A DNA stretch of 48,993 nt, from positions 1-48,993 of the forward strand of contig DYRX01000001.1 in NCBI GenBank assembly GCA_020718525.1, written 5' to 3'. The position numbers were made by a program, and so were the translations under genes. Positions 7,632-15,871 of this stretch are shown here, one piece after another. Numbering within the stretch: position 1 is the stretch's first letter; every line of letters begins with the position of its first letter. The notes under the pieces are model-generated. The model ran no database searches and was not told the origin of the DNA. It saw only the letters and a program-made list of their open reading frames with translations. This DNA is from Victivallis vadensis. Its GTDB lineage: Bacteria > Verrucomicrobiota > Lentisphaeria > Victivallales > GWF2-50-93.

Positions 7632-9860
7632 TCACTTGAAACGGAAACGTGCCAAGCCTGAAGAATTGTCTAAAATTATATATCCTGTCCCAATCTGCTT
7701 CGAATTCATTTTTGGCAGTAAAACCCGGAGAAAGCTGTAGCCAGGGCTTTTTCCATCTGCGGCTGGATCGTCGGCATGTATCAGCATACAGCTCTTTCCT
7801 TCTCTCCGTTTCGCGTCCTGAAAAATCATGCTTGAAGAAAGATCCGTTTTGCATCTGAGATAGCCTGGCGAAGCGGCGGCTCCATTCTTCAGATATTCGA
7901 CGTAGATTTTAGGAGGGACTGCGCCGAAATATTTGCCAGCGACAAGAAGCGTGTTTCCAGATGCATCTTTAGGATCCGGCGCGGCGGACTCGATGGTGGG
8001 TGACGCAAAAACAAAGTAGGAATCAAGAAAATGGCGGGCACCGTCGTATTCGACTGAAAATCGGTCGAATATTCTGTCCGGGATCGGAGTCTCCAATAGA
8101 GTGCTGAGCAGTTTTTTCCTGCTGTAGAGCTTTTTGTCATAGAGCAGGACATTTCTTGTCCACATCACGCTTATCGATCCGGGAGGGGGATCGGTATCGA
8201 AGCCGTCGCGCAAAACTGCCGCAGGGATCGTCTTTCCCGCGAGTATGCCAAAAAGTTTCGGGGGTGCCTCGAAGACGTTCTCTCCAATCTCAGAAGCATC
8301 AACTTTGAAGAGCGAGCCCGCCGCAATGTAGGTGTAAACTGCGAAATTCGCAGTCTTCTCGAATGCTCCGCAGTCGCTGCGCGGACCAATGAGCCTGTCA
8401 GCACCAGCGTAGTCCTTTTCGCCTGGGGAAGCAATAAAGGCAGGATCTCCGCCGTCAACTGCCGGAGACGAGTCATGAACCCGCAGGTCGTCAGGAGAGG
8501 ACAGGAAAAATGGATCGGCAAAAACGGACGCGGCATCTTCTCCGCTTCCCGACACGTAGGACTGGAAGCCTTCGTACTCCTTGTTGTTCCACACGAAGAT
8601 GGCCTTCGCTTCGTCAGCGCCGCCGCAGTAGTATGTGTTGTTGTCGAATTGATTGTCATGTGAGTATGCCTTCGCAAACCAGTTGCTGATCAGGATGTTC
8701 TGCGTATTCGCGCAAACTATGTTGTTTTGAATCCTATTGGAATGCGCGACCTGGATCATGATTTCGCCTGTTCCGCTCCTTGAGCTGTCATTTTCAAAAA
8801 GCGTGTTGTGCATGAAGGAGCAGTTGATTGTCACCCCTCTTTTCGTGTCGTAGCCGCCAAAGCCGATCCCTGTCACCTTGTTCCTGAAAAAAAGATTGCT
8901 CCTGACAATAATTCCGCTGGTCGTTCTGCCAGGATTTTCACAGCCGACCTCGACCCCGAAATCACATAGGGAAACGCTGTTCCTCTCGATGGTGATGTCC
9001 TTCCCTCCGTCAACATAGATCCCTGCGGCCGCCGCCTCGCCCCCATATGCCGGATTGCCTGACGAGCTGATTCCGAAGACAGTGTTTTCGGAGACCATGC
9101 CGTTCCTCGCCTGGTCGTTGGATTCCGCAGTCCCTTCCCAGCCGATCAGATCAATTCCTATGTTGTCGTTATCCCTGACAGTGTTTTGGCTGACGACGAA
9201 ATTCTCCACGTTGCCGTTGAGCACCATTGACTCGGACCATCCGAGCTTGCAGTCGCTCACAATGTTCCCGCGAATCTCAATTCCGTCTATGGAATTTGCC
9301 GAGTCCGTTCCATATACGGCTATTCCGTGCGCGTTGCCTCCATCCTTTCCTACAGATTTCTGTTCGATGTGATGGACATTGTTGGAGATTATTTTCACGC
9401 CGGAGGACGCGCCGGAGACAAGAATACCGATCGGGACGCTGTCCTGATCCGAGGCGGAAAGGTCTTTCAGCTCGAGCCCCGAGACGGATATATGGCTGAC
9501 ATTTTCAATCTTTATAAGAGGAAACCAGCCATCAAGAGGCTCCAATTTGGATCCGTCAATGATAGGAGCTTCGCCTGGATAGGCTTGGACAGAAATGGGA
9601 GAGCCGTGGGCTCCTGACTTTGTAAATTGCACGCTTTCATAATAAGTCCCGCTCCGGAGATGCAGTGTGTCGCCGGGCAGAAGCTTTTCCACGCTCTGCT
9701 GGAGGCTTTTCCAAGGGGCGTTCTCCGCCCCGGACGCAGAGTCGTCGCCAGCCGGCGAAACATAATAGTCGGAAGCATTCAAATCAGCAGGAAGGCAGAG
9801 CGCGGCGAAGGCGCAAATGCCAAAGAGGGCGAGATCCGTGTTTTTTTTCATGCACATCAT
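7632..9860 (-). CDS. secreted right-handed parallel beta-helix (pectate-lyase-fold, DUF1565-like) protein with unknown C-terminal domain
   Basis: Signal peptide (LALFGICAFAALCLPADLNA), then YYVSPAGDDSASG..PWKSLQQ, typical of DUF1565/beta-helix proteins. Repeated NN/GN-rich turns follow (ISNNVHH, RGNIVSD, SQNTVRDN, IERNSVS, IQNNIV). About 250 C-terminal residues are unassigned. Confidence 0.7.
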   Translation of the reverse strand: MMCMKKNTDLALFGICAFAALCLPADLNASDYYVSPAGDDSASGAENAPWKSLQQSVEKLLPGDTLHLRSGTYYESVQFTKSGAHGSPISVQAYPGEAPIIDGSKLEPLDGWFPLIKIENVSHISVSGLELKDLSASDQDSVPIGILVSGASSGVKIISNNVHHIEQKSVGKDGGNAHGIAVYGTDSANSIDGIEIRGNIVSDCKLGWSESMVLNGNVENFVVSQNTVRDNDNIGIDLIGWEGTAESNDQARNGMVSENTVFGISSSGNPAYGGEAAAAGIYVDGGKDITIERNSVSLCDFGVEVGCENPGRTTSGIIVRSNLFFRNKVTGIGFGGYDTKRGVTINCSFMHNTLFENDSSRSGTGEIMIQVAHSNRIQNNIVCANTQNILISNWFAKAYSHDNQFDNNTYYCGGADEAKAIFVWNNKEYEGFQSYVSGSGEDAASVFADPFFLSSPDDLRVHDSSPAVDGGDPAFIASPGEKDYAGADRLIGPRSDCGAFEKTANFAVYTYIAAGSLFKVDASEIGENVFEAPPKLFGILAGKTIPAAVLRDGFDTDPPPGSISVMWTRNVLLYDKKLYSRKKLLSTLLETPIPDRIFDRFSVEYDGARHFLDSYFVFASPTIESAAPDPKDASGNTLLVAGKYFGAVPPKIYVEYLKNGAAASPGYLRCKTDLSSSMIFQDAKRREGKSCMLIHADDPAADGKSPGYSFLRVLLPKMNSKQIGTGYIILDNSSGLARFRFK

Positions 9861-9967
9861 ACAGGCTCAGACTATCATTCCAATCCTGTTTTTCAAGGAG
9901 GGAGAAGATCTTTAGGACTGCAAACGACAAGTTGCTCTCTGCGTGTGAAAGCCTCAATCTGCTTTTC

Positions 9968-10978
9968 TCAGAGCTCCTTGAAGATGGCGTTCATTTCCGA
10001 CGCGGCTTCCATGTATGTCTGGAAGCGCTCTTCCGGATTTCTAGCCACCATTCTGTCAATGAGGAGAGTAATTTTTTTATCCACGGTCTTGGGCATGATG
10101 CCTGCGACGCTTGCGACGCGGAGGCTTGCGACATGCTTTTTAGCTAGATTATATGCGTCGGTCGAGCTGTAGTACGGCTTTCCTGAGAGGAGATGGAAAA
10201 GCAGCATTCCGAGGCTGTATATTTCGCTGTTCATTGATTCCGGGAGTCCGACTATCCTTTCTGGCGGCATGTAAATGGGGGATCCTTCGACAGTGTCCGA
10301 AGGGGTGGGCTTGAACGCGGCATCTATGGAGAGACAGAGTCCGTAGTCGAAAAGCTTGGCGTTGCCCTTCGTGTCAATGATGACATTTTGAGGCTTGAGA
10401 TCGCGGAATAAATACCCTGATTCGTAGATTCTCTGTTCGGCGGAGAGAAGCTGAAGCCCCCAAAGCATTGCGTATTTCTGCTGGACACCGCTTTTTTCCT
10501 CGATGATCTGGTCAAGCCTTTTTCCTTCGACAAACTCCATTGCGCAGTAGAATTCGTCATTGTATTGCCCATAGTCGAAGACGGAAATGAGATGCGGATG
10601 TCTGCCGAAGCTTTTTCCGATGGCGGCCTCGTTCAATAGCGCATGTATGAGATGCTGGTCCCGCTTTGCGGTTCTTGCCAGGACTTTGACGGCGAAAAGA
10701 AGACTCGCGTTGGATTCCAGGAACGCTTTGTAGACACTGCCCATTCCGCCGCCGCCAAGAGGCTTGAAAAGCCAGAAGTTTTTGATTTTCATAGGGATAA
10801 AGATGGGGTTCGAGCAGGCGGGGCATTTCTCGATGGTCAGTGGCTGAAGAGGCTCTATCGGAATTCTGCTTCCGCAGTTTTCGCATTCGACGCAGTTGTC
10901 TGCAAGCGCGACGGGGTCAAGACCTGTCTCGCGACGCTCTTCTGCCTCTTTTTCCCTTTTTTTAAATAACCCAAGCAT
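9968..10978 (-). CDS. Ser/Thr protein kinase with N-terminal zinc-ribbon
   Basis: CVECENC...CPAC zinc-ribbon. Kinase motifs are the G-loop GGGGMGSVYKA, AVKVL lysine, catalytic loop FRDLKPQN, DYG and PIYMPPE. Confidence 0.8.
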   Translation of the reverse strand: MLGLFKKREKEAEERRETGLDPVALADNCVECENCGSRIPIEPLQPLTIEKCPACSNPIFIPMKIKNFWLFKPLGGGGMGSVYKAFLESNASLLFAVKVLARTAKRDQHLIHALLNEAAIGKSFGRHPHLISVFDYGQYNDEFYCAMEFVEGKRLDQIIEEKSGVQQKYAMLWGLQLLSAEQRIYESGYLFRDLKPQNVIIDTKGNAKLFDYGLCLSIDAAFKPTPSDTVEGSPIYMPPERIVGLPESMNSEIYSLGMLLFHLLSGKPYYSSTDAYNLAKKHVASLRVASVAGIMPKTVDKKITLLIDRMVARNPEERFQTYMEAASEMNAIFKEL

Positions 10979-10981
10979 TTC

Positions 10982-12616
10982 TCAGGGTTCCTCCGCTTTG
11001 ATCATTGCCGCCTCTTCCTTTTCAATTTCCGCCGCCTCTTTGCTGGCGTTTCCTAGCGCGCTTATCTCCATTTCCAGGCTTTTAGACATTTCTGGCGGAA
11101 AATTCTCCACGCAGGCCTTCGCCATCTGACTGCGTATCATGGCGAAGCCCGGCATGCCGGTGCGCTTCCAGCTGTCGCCCCGGTCTTTTTTGTAGATTCT
11201 ATATATCTTCGCCGCCAGATTCATGTGCGCGAGCGCGGCGTCCTTCTCGCCGTAGGCAAGAAAGTAGAGGGATCTGTAGATCATTGAGCTGACGAGGCCC
11301 GTGGCCTGCCTTGGCGTCGAGGAGGCTACATCCTCCTTCCACTGCTTTTCTACGAAGACGTCAATAGGCTCCAGGAGGGATGCGTCTTCCGGGAATTCCT
11401 CCCTCATTTCTTCCAGGAGCTTTTCGGACTTTCCGTAGCTTCCGAAGCTATAGAGCAGAACGATCGCGTCAATCATGAAATTTTTCATTGCCGCATTTCT
11501 GAAGGACTGGGACTTGTGCATCGCGAAGGCTTCGCGGAAGGTCTTTATGACGGAATCTGTGAGCTTGAGGTTGGGGACGGTCATTATGCCCATGTAGTCG
11601 TTCTTGTCGAGCATCAGCAGTCTTCCTCCGATGAACGCGTCCTTCAGGGACTGGGTTATCATGCGGTCGTTGCTGATTTCGCGCTCGTTCAGCTTGGATT
11701 TTTCAAGCCCCAGGGTTGCCCAATAGATCGCGTGCGCCTCTGGAAGCCTCCAGTCGAACGCCCCGTATCTCTGGTTGATTTCGTGCATTTTTACGGCATC
11801 GAGCTTGTAGACTTCCTTGAGCCATTTTTTTCTCATAAACCATTCCAGATCAGAGGCTTGCACTTTGTCCTTCATCTTTTCAGAAACTGCGGAAGGCATT
11901 TTCCCCTCTTTTCTGAACTCCTTTTCCAGGACTGCGAAATTCGCAAATCCGGCGGCGGAGATCGCCGTCCAGAGAGGGCTGTCTGCGGGATATTGCAGTT
12001 CGAAAAGCTCGATACTGTCGGGAGCCGCGAGAATTTTCTCCCAGTCGGGCTCGTTTCCGCCGAAGACCTTCATGTAGTCTATCGCCATCTGCTGTTTGTA
12101 GTAGAGGTTGGCGTCGTCCATTATGTTTCCGATCTTGTGCTGGTAGATCCAGCCGAGCTCCTTGTAGAGGACAGGATCGGAGGGGTTGTAGACTATCGCC
12201 TCGTCCCGTATGAGCTCGAGTCCTTTCTTCACCCATCTCCATCGGTCTTCGGGCGCGCTGAAGACGACAGAGATGTTGTATGCCATGTTCCAGGCGAGAT
12301 ATGCCGTCGCGCCAGTGAATCTGGGCTGGAGCTTTGTTAGCCAGGATGCGAGCTGGACCATTTCAAAATACTGCCCCTTCTCCTGGAGCATCGCCGCCCT
12401 CAGCCATAGGACGTCGGCGACAAGTCCTCTGAAACTGCCAAGCGCTACGGTCGTGAAGGCGACTATCGGCGGCGCATTTTTCACGATGTCGGTGTCGGTC
12501 AGAGAATTGTCCTTCTTGATCTGGTTGAGCTTTCCCTGGACTAGATTTATAGACGCGACGAAGAGGCAGAAAGCTGCAAAGATTCCGAGCGCCTTCAGTA
12601 TTCTCATGCTTCTCAT
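10982..12616 (-). CDS. membrane-anchored, mostly alpha-helical protein of unknown function (544 aa)
   Basis: Long ORF with an N-terminal TM/signal anchor (ILKALGIFAAFCLFVASINLV). ATGA overlap with the upstream permease; 3-nt gap to the kinase. I recognise no family motif. Confidence 0.6.
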   Translation of the reverse strand: MRSMRILKALGIFAAFCLFVASINLVQGKLNQIKKDNSLTDTDIVKNAPPIVAFTTVALGSFRGLVADVLWLRAAMLQEKGQYFEMVQLASWLTKLQPRFTGATAYLAWNMAYNISVVFSAPEDRWRWVKKGLELIRDEAIVYNPSDPVLYKELGWIYQHKIGNIMDDANLYYKQQMAIDYMKVFGGNEPDWEKILAAPDSIELFELQYPADSPLWTAISAAGFANFAVLEKEFRKEGKMPSAVSEKMKDKVQASDLEWFMRKKWLKEVYKLDAVKMHEINQRYGAFDWRLPEAHAIYWATLGLEKSKLNEREISNDRMITQSLKDAFIGGRLLMLDKNDYMGIMTVPNLKLTDSVIKTFREAFAMHKSQSFRNAAMKNFMIDAIVLLYSFGSYGKSEKLLEEMREEFPEDASLLEPIDVFVEKQWKEDVASSTPRQATGLVSSMIYRSLYFLAYGEKDAALAHMNLAAKIYRIYKKDRGDSWKRTGMPGFAMIRSQMAKACVENFPPEMSKSLEMEISALGNASKEAAEIEKEEAAMIKAEEP

Positions 12617-14103
12617 TTTCGGATCACGGCTCCCAGTTCGCGTTTCGAGTACAGCCAGACGAAAAAGACAAATAGGGGAAGCCCCCTGAGGATGAAATAC
12701 TTGAAGAAGGCGACGGCAATCGCGGAATTCTCGATGAGTTCCCCGTCGGAAAGCTTGTCTGAGACGTCGAGGCGCTGGACAGGAACGGCGACCGTCACGA
12801 TGAAGCGGCTGACTTTTTTCCCGACGTAGTCGTGCACCGCCTCGAGGCTTGAGAGATCCAGCTTCTCCTCCATGCCATCGTTGTACATTTCGTCAATCGA
12901 GATCATGTAGTCGGAGAAGACGCCGAAGAGGATGTAGGCGACGCAGATGAAGACGGCGCATGGCATTGAGAATACGCCGCCAAGCGAGCAGGCGAGGGCG
13001 CCCACGAAGAGGAGCTTTATCGAAAGCATTAGTATCGCGCGCAGGAAATTTCCCAGGAAGCTGTCTTTTCTGACTAGCAGTTTTGGTCCGTCTGAGAGCT
13101 GGAAATAGACGGGCTTCTGCCCGAGGTCGTAGTTCGCATACGCTATTGCGACTTTTCCGTCGTCGCCGATGACTTGCGGAGGAATTGGGAACTCGTTGAA
13201 GGCGCCGCCGGCGAAGCGCTCGGGCTCAGGCATGTAAGGAATGAAAACGTATTCGGGTTTTGAGTCGGCAAGATCCGGAGCTTCCTTGCGCATGTCTTCC
13301 ATCATTTTCTCGTTTGTCTTGATCCTGAAAAACCATATTCCGTAGGTTTCTCTCTGTTCTTTCTGTGAAATCTGATCAACGTATGGTCTGAATCTCAGGA
13401 AAACAGGGCGGTCGAGGACTTTCGACACATTTTCATATTCCCAGATTCTTGAGGCGCTGGGACCGAATCTTACTTCGCCAAGCTTTGCCAGAGTCTGCTT
13501 TCTTAGCTGTGCGTCTATGAAAGGCTGAGACTTCATCGGATCGGTAGGATTTGAGGACGGATTGAGGCCGAGCTCCTTCAGCTCTGCGAGGCGCCTTTCA
13601 TACTCCCTTTTGATTTCCGCCTCGACATCTGGCAATTCCGGCATATAGACCCTGCGGCCGACAAATATTTCATGTCTGATCCGTTCCTTGTCCTCCGGAG
13701 AGAATGCTGTGCTGTTGAATTCGTAAAGTATTCTCGCATATGCAATTACACCGCATACCACCAGTAAAAAAAAATGGAGCAGGAAGACTCCAAGGAATTT
13801 CCCGATCCAGATGGAGGTCCTCGAGAGCGGCTTTGTCGAGAGCATGTGCATCTGGTAGTTTTCAATGTCAGAGGAGCAGACAAAGCAGGAGACCCACACA
13901 GTGGAGATTGTAAGAATCATGGTGAGCGCAGTGATGCAGTACTGGATTGAGAGCCTTATGTGTCCGATCGGTGTCCCGTCGTCAAGCACAGTGCCTGGAA
14001 GAACAAGTACGGCGAGCGCCAGCATGAGGAAAAGCATTAGGAAAATCTTTGATCTGAGTGCCATTCTGACAGTGAGCTTGCCTACTGCGAAAAGCGGCAT
14101 CAT
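12613..14103 (-). CDS. ABC-2-like membrane permease with a large (about 230 aa) extracytoplasmic insert
   Basis: 496 aa with about three N-terminal and three C-terminal TM helices flanking a soluble insert. ATGA overlaps with the ABC ATPase upstream and the 544-aa gene downstream. The N-terminus (FAVGKLTVRMALRSKIFLMLFL) is typical of ABC-2 permeases. Confidence 0.6.
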   Translation of the reverse strand: MMPLFAVGKLTVRMALRSKIFLMLFLMLALAVLVLPGTVLDDGTPIGHIRLSIQYCITALTMILTISTVWVSCFVCSSDIENYQMHMLSTKPLSRTSIWIGKFLGVFLLHFFLLVVCGVIAYARILYEFNSTAFSPEDKERIRHEIFVGRRVYMPELPDVEAEIKREYERRLAELKELGLNPSSNPTDPMKSQPFIDAQLRKQTLAKLGEVRFGPSASRIWEYENVSKVLDRPVFLRFRPYVDQISQKEQRETYGIWFFRIKTNEKMMEDMRKEAPDLADSKPEYVFIPYMPEPERFAGGAFNEFPIPPQVIGDDGKVAIAYANYDLGQKPVYFQLSDGPKLLVRKDSFLGNFLRAILMLSIKLLFVGALACSLGGVFSMPCAVFICVAYILFGVFSDYMISIDEMYNDGMEEKLDLSSLEAVHDYVGKKVSRFIVTVAVPVQRLDVSDKLSDGELIENSAIAVAFFKYFILRGLPLFVFFVWLYSKRELGAVIRK

Positions 14104-15266
14104 CGCTTGTCCTCGTTCAATAACTGCGAAATTCGCGAATTTGCGGCGGAGAGATCTTCGGACTCCGGAGATGGAGCCGGAGCATCTTCGCCAAGCCTCT
14201 TGCTGTCGGTTATCTCGCGGATTTTTTTGTCAGCCATCTCTTTTTCGAGAGATTCGGACTTGTCTTTCGCGTCCGTATCTTCGCCTGGAGGCGGTAGTTT
14301 TGAGCTGAGCGCCTCGATAAGCATGTTTCCATCTTTTTTGAGATATTCGGCAATTTCTCCACCGCCCTCCGCGCCATAGGTGCCGGTTTTTTCTTCGCGC
14401 GCCTTTCTGACGACTTCCAGAAAATATTCCTCGAGAGTGCGTCTCGGGTGGTCCACGCTGACAGGGATGCCACCCATGGACTGTGAGATTTCACCGACGA
14501 TTCTGTCTCTGAGGCCGGGTTCGAGCAGTGGTGTCACAATTCTGCTCATTTCCGAGACTGTGAGCAGTTCATCGAGGGTTCCGGACCCTCTTATCTTCCC
14601 TCCGTAAAGTATTATGACTCTGTCGCAGAGATCCTGGACGTCAGCGAGCAGATGACTGCTGATTACGACAGTTTTCCCGCGCGACTTGAGAAATTTGATC
14701 AGATCTTTTATTTCTCTGCATCCGATGGGATCGAGACCGGAAGTGGGTTCGTCGAGGATGAGGAGTTCCGGATCGTTTATCATCGCCTGGGCGAGACCGA
14801 TTCTTCTTGACATGCCTTTTGAAAATTCCCCGAGCCTTCTGTTTCTTGCGTGTGCGAGTCCCACCATGTCTAGGAGCTGTTCTGCGCGCTTCTTCCGTTC
14901 TGCGTGCGGCAGTCCGAATACGGATCCAAAAAAGTCCAGCGTCTCGAAGGCGGTGAGATAGCGGTAGAGATATGACTCTTCAGGCAGATAGCCGATGGCG
15001 GCCTTGGTCTTGACATCGCGCGGAGACTTGCCAAATATGCTCACGGAGCCTCTTGTCGGATAAAGAAGGCCGAGCAGGATCTTGAGAGTTGTTGATTTTC
15101 CCGAGCCGTTGGGACCAAGGAGTCCGAAGACTTCGCCCTCATTTACTTCGAAGTCAATTTCGTTGACGGCCTTGGCTTTCGGCCGGTGCCAGAAGTCGCG
15201 GAACTCCTTGACAAGAGCGACAGCCTTCACAACTGTTTTCTGCGCATCAGCCTTCTTGTCGCTCAT
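14100..15266 (-). CDS. ABC transporter ATP-binding protein with acidic C-terminal extension
   Basis: Walker A GPNGSGKST, signature-like FSKGMSRR, Walker B LLILDEPTSGLD and H-loop ISSHLL. A low-complexity tail of about 130 aa follows. Confidence 0.9.
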   Translation of the reverse strand: MSDKKADAQKTVVKAVALVKEFRDFWHRPKAKAVNEIDFEVNEGEVFGLLGPNGSGKSTTLKILLGLLYPTRGSVSIFGKSPRDVKTKAAIGYLPEESYLYRYLTAFETLDFFGSVFGLPHAERKKRAEQLLDMVGLAHARNRRLGEFSKGMSRRIGLAQAMINDPELLILDEPTSGLDPIGCREIKDLIKFLKSRGKTVVISSHLLADVQDLCDRVIILYGGKIRGSGTLDELLTVSEMSRIVTPLLEPGLRDRIVGEISQSMGGIPVSVDHPRRTLEEYFLEVVRKAREEKTGTYGAEGGGEIAEYLKKDGNMLIEALSSKLPPPGEDTDAKDKSESLEKEMADKKIREITDSKRLGEDAPAPSPESEDLSAANSRISQLLNEDKR

Positions 15267-15868
15267 TTTGAATCTGCGCTCCTTTTAAGTGTTCCGTCGC
15301 GCTTGTAGTATTTTGTTCCTGGCAAGAGTTTTCCGGCGGAATATGTTTTTTCAAACATGGTGGCTTCATTGTCATAGAATTCGATGAAGGCGCCATCAAG
15401 CTCTCCAGCATCGTTGAAGGAGTAGGAGAATTTCTTTTTGCCGTTCTCGTGCCATTCGGTGAACTGTCCGGTCTTTTTTCCGTCCTTAAGAGCTCCCTCG
15501 AGAGCCTTCTGCCCTTTCTTGAACCAGGAGGACAAGGGACCATCGAGTTTTCCGTCCTTGTAGTTGCACTCGACGAGCTTGGAGCCGTCCTTGTAGAACT
15601 CGCGGTATTGTCCGTGTTTGATTTCGGGCTTGAGCCTATAGACAGTGTATTCGGCTTTCAGCTCTTTTCCAGGCTCCGGATAAAAATCCTGTCTTTGTAT
15701 GAATTCGGGGAGGCTTTCCTCCTGTTTTTTTTCGACTTTCGGGCTTTGCGCCTGAAGAATGGGAGGAGGCTTCGGCTTTCCGCTGAAAAGCAGAAAATAA
15801 AGGGCGAGAGCGAGCACAATCAGGAAGACTGCGATTCCAATTATGATCTTTTTATTATTGTCGTCCAT
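15263..15868 (-). CDS. membrane-anchored MORN-variant repeat protein (YwqK-like)
   Basis: N-terminal TM (IIIGIAVFLIVLALALYFLLF). Repeated YKDGKLDGP / KDGKKTGQFTEWHENGKKK / GELDGAFIEFY units follow. Confidence 0.7.
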   Translation of the reverse strand: MDDNNKKIIIGIAVFLIVLALALYFLLFSGKPKPPPILQAQSPKVEKKQEESLPEFIQRQDFYPEPGKELKAEYTVYRLKPEIKHGQYREFYKDGSKLVECNYKDGKLDGPLSSWFKKGQKALEGALKDGKKTGQFTEWHENGKKKFSYSFNDAGELDGAFIEFYDNEATMFEKTYSAGKLLPGTKYYKRDGTLKRSADSK

Positions 15869-15871
15869 TTT

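Noticed and set aside
9841-9848. A8/T8 homopolymer right after the start codon of the beta-helix gene as a phase-variation switch
   Set aside because: It encodes the Lys-Lys n-region of a signal peptide. Eight nt is at the low end for slipped-strand switching, and there are three alternative in-frame ATGs. There is no supporting evidence.
11516-12340. Plus-strand 274-aa ORF inside the 544-aa gene
   Set aside because: The minus-strand frame is longer, starts with a membrane anchor and is ATGA-coupled to its neighbours. The plus-strand product has no start context or motif.
7632-15266. NosD/NosF/NosY-like interpretation (beta-helix protein plus ABC ATPase plus ABC-2 permease)
   Set aside because: There is no NosZ, NosL or NosR. 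The beta-helix gene is separated from the ABC genes by the 544-aa gene and the kinase. The permease architecture is unlike NosY, and the beta-helix protein is much larger than NosD.
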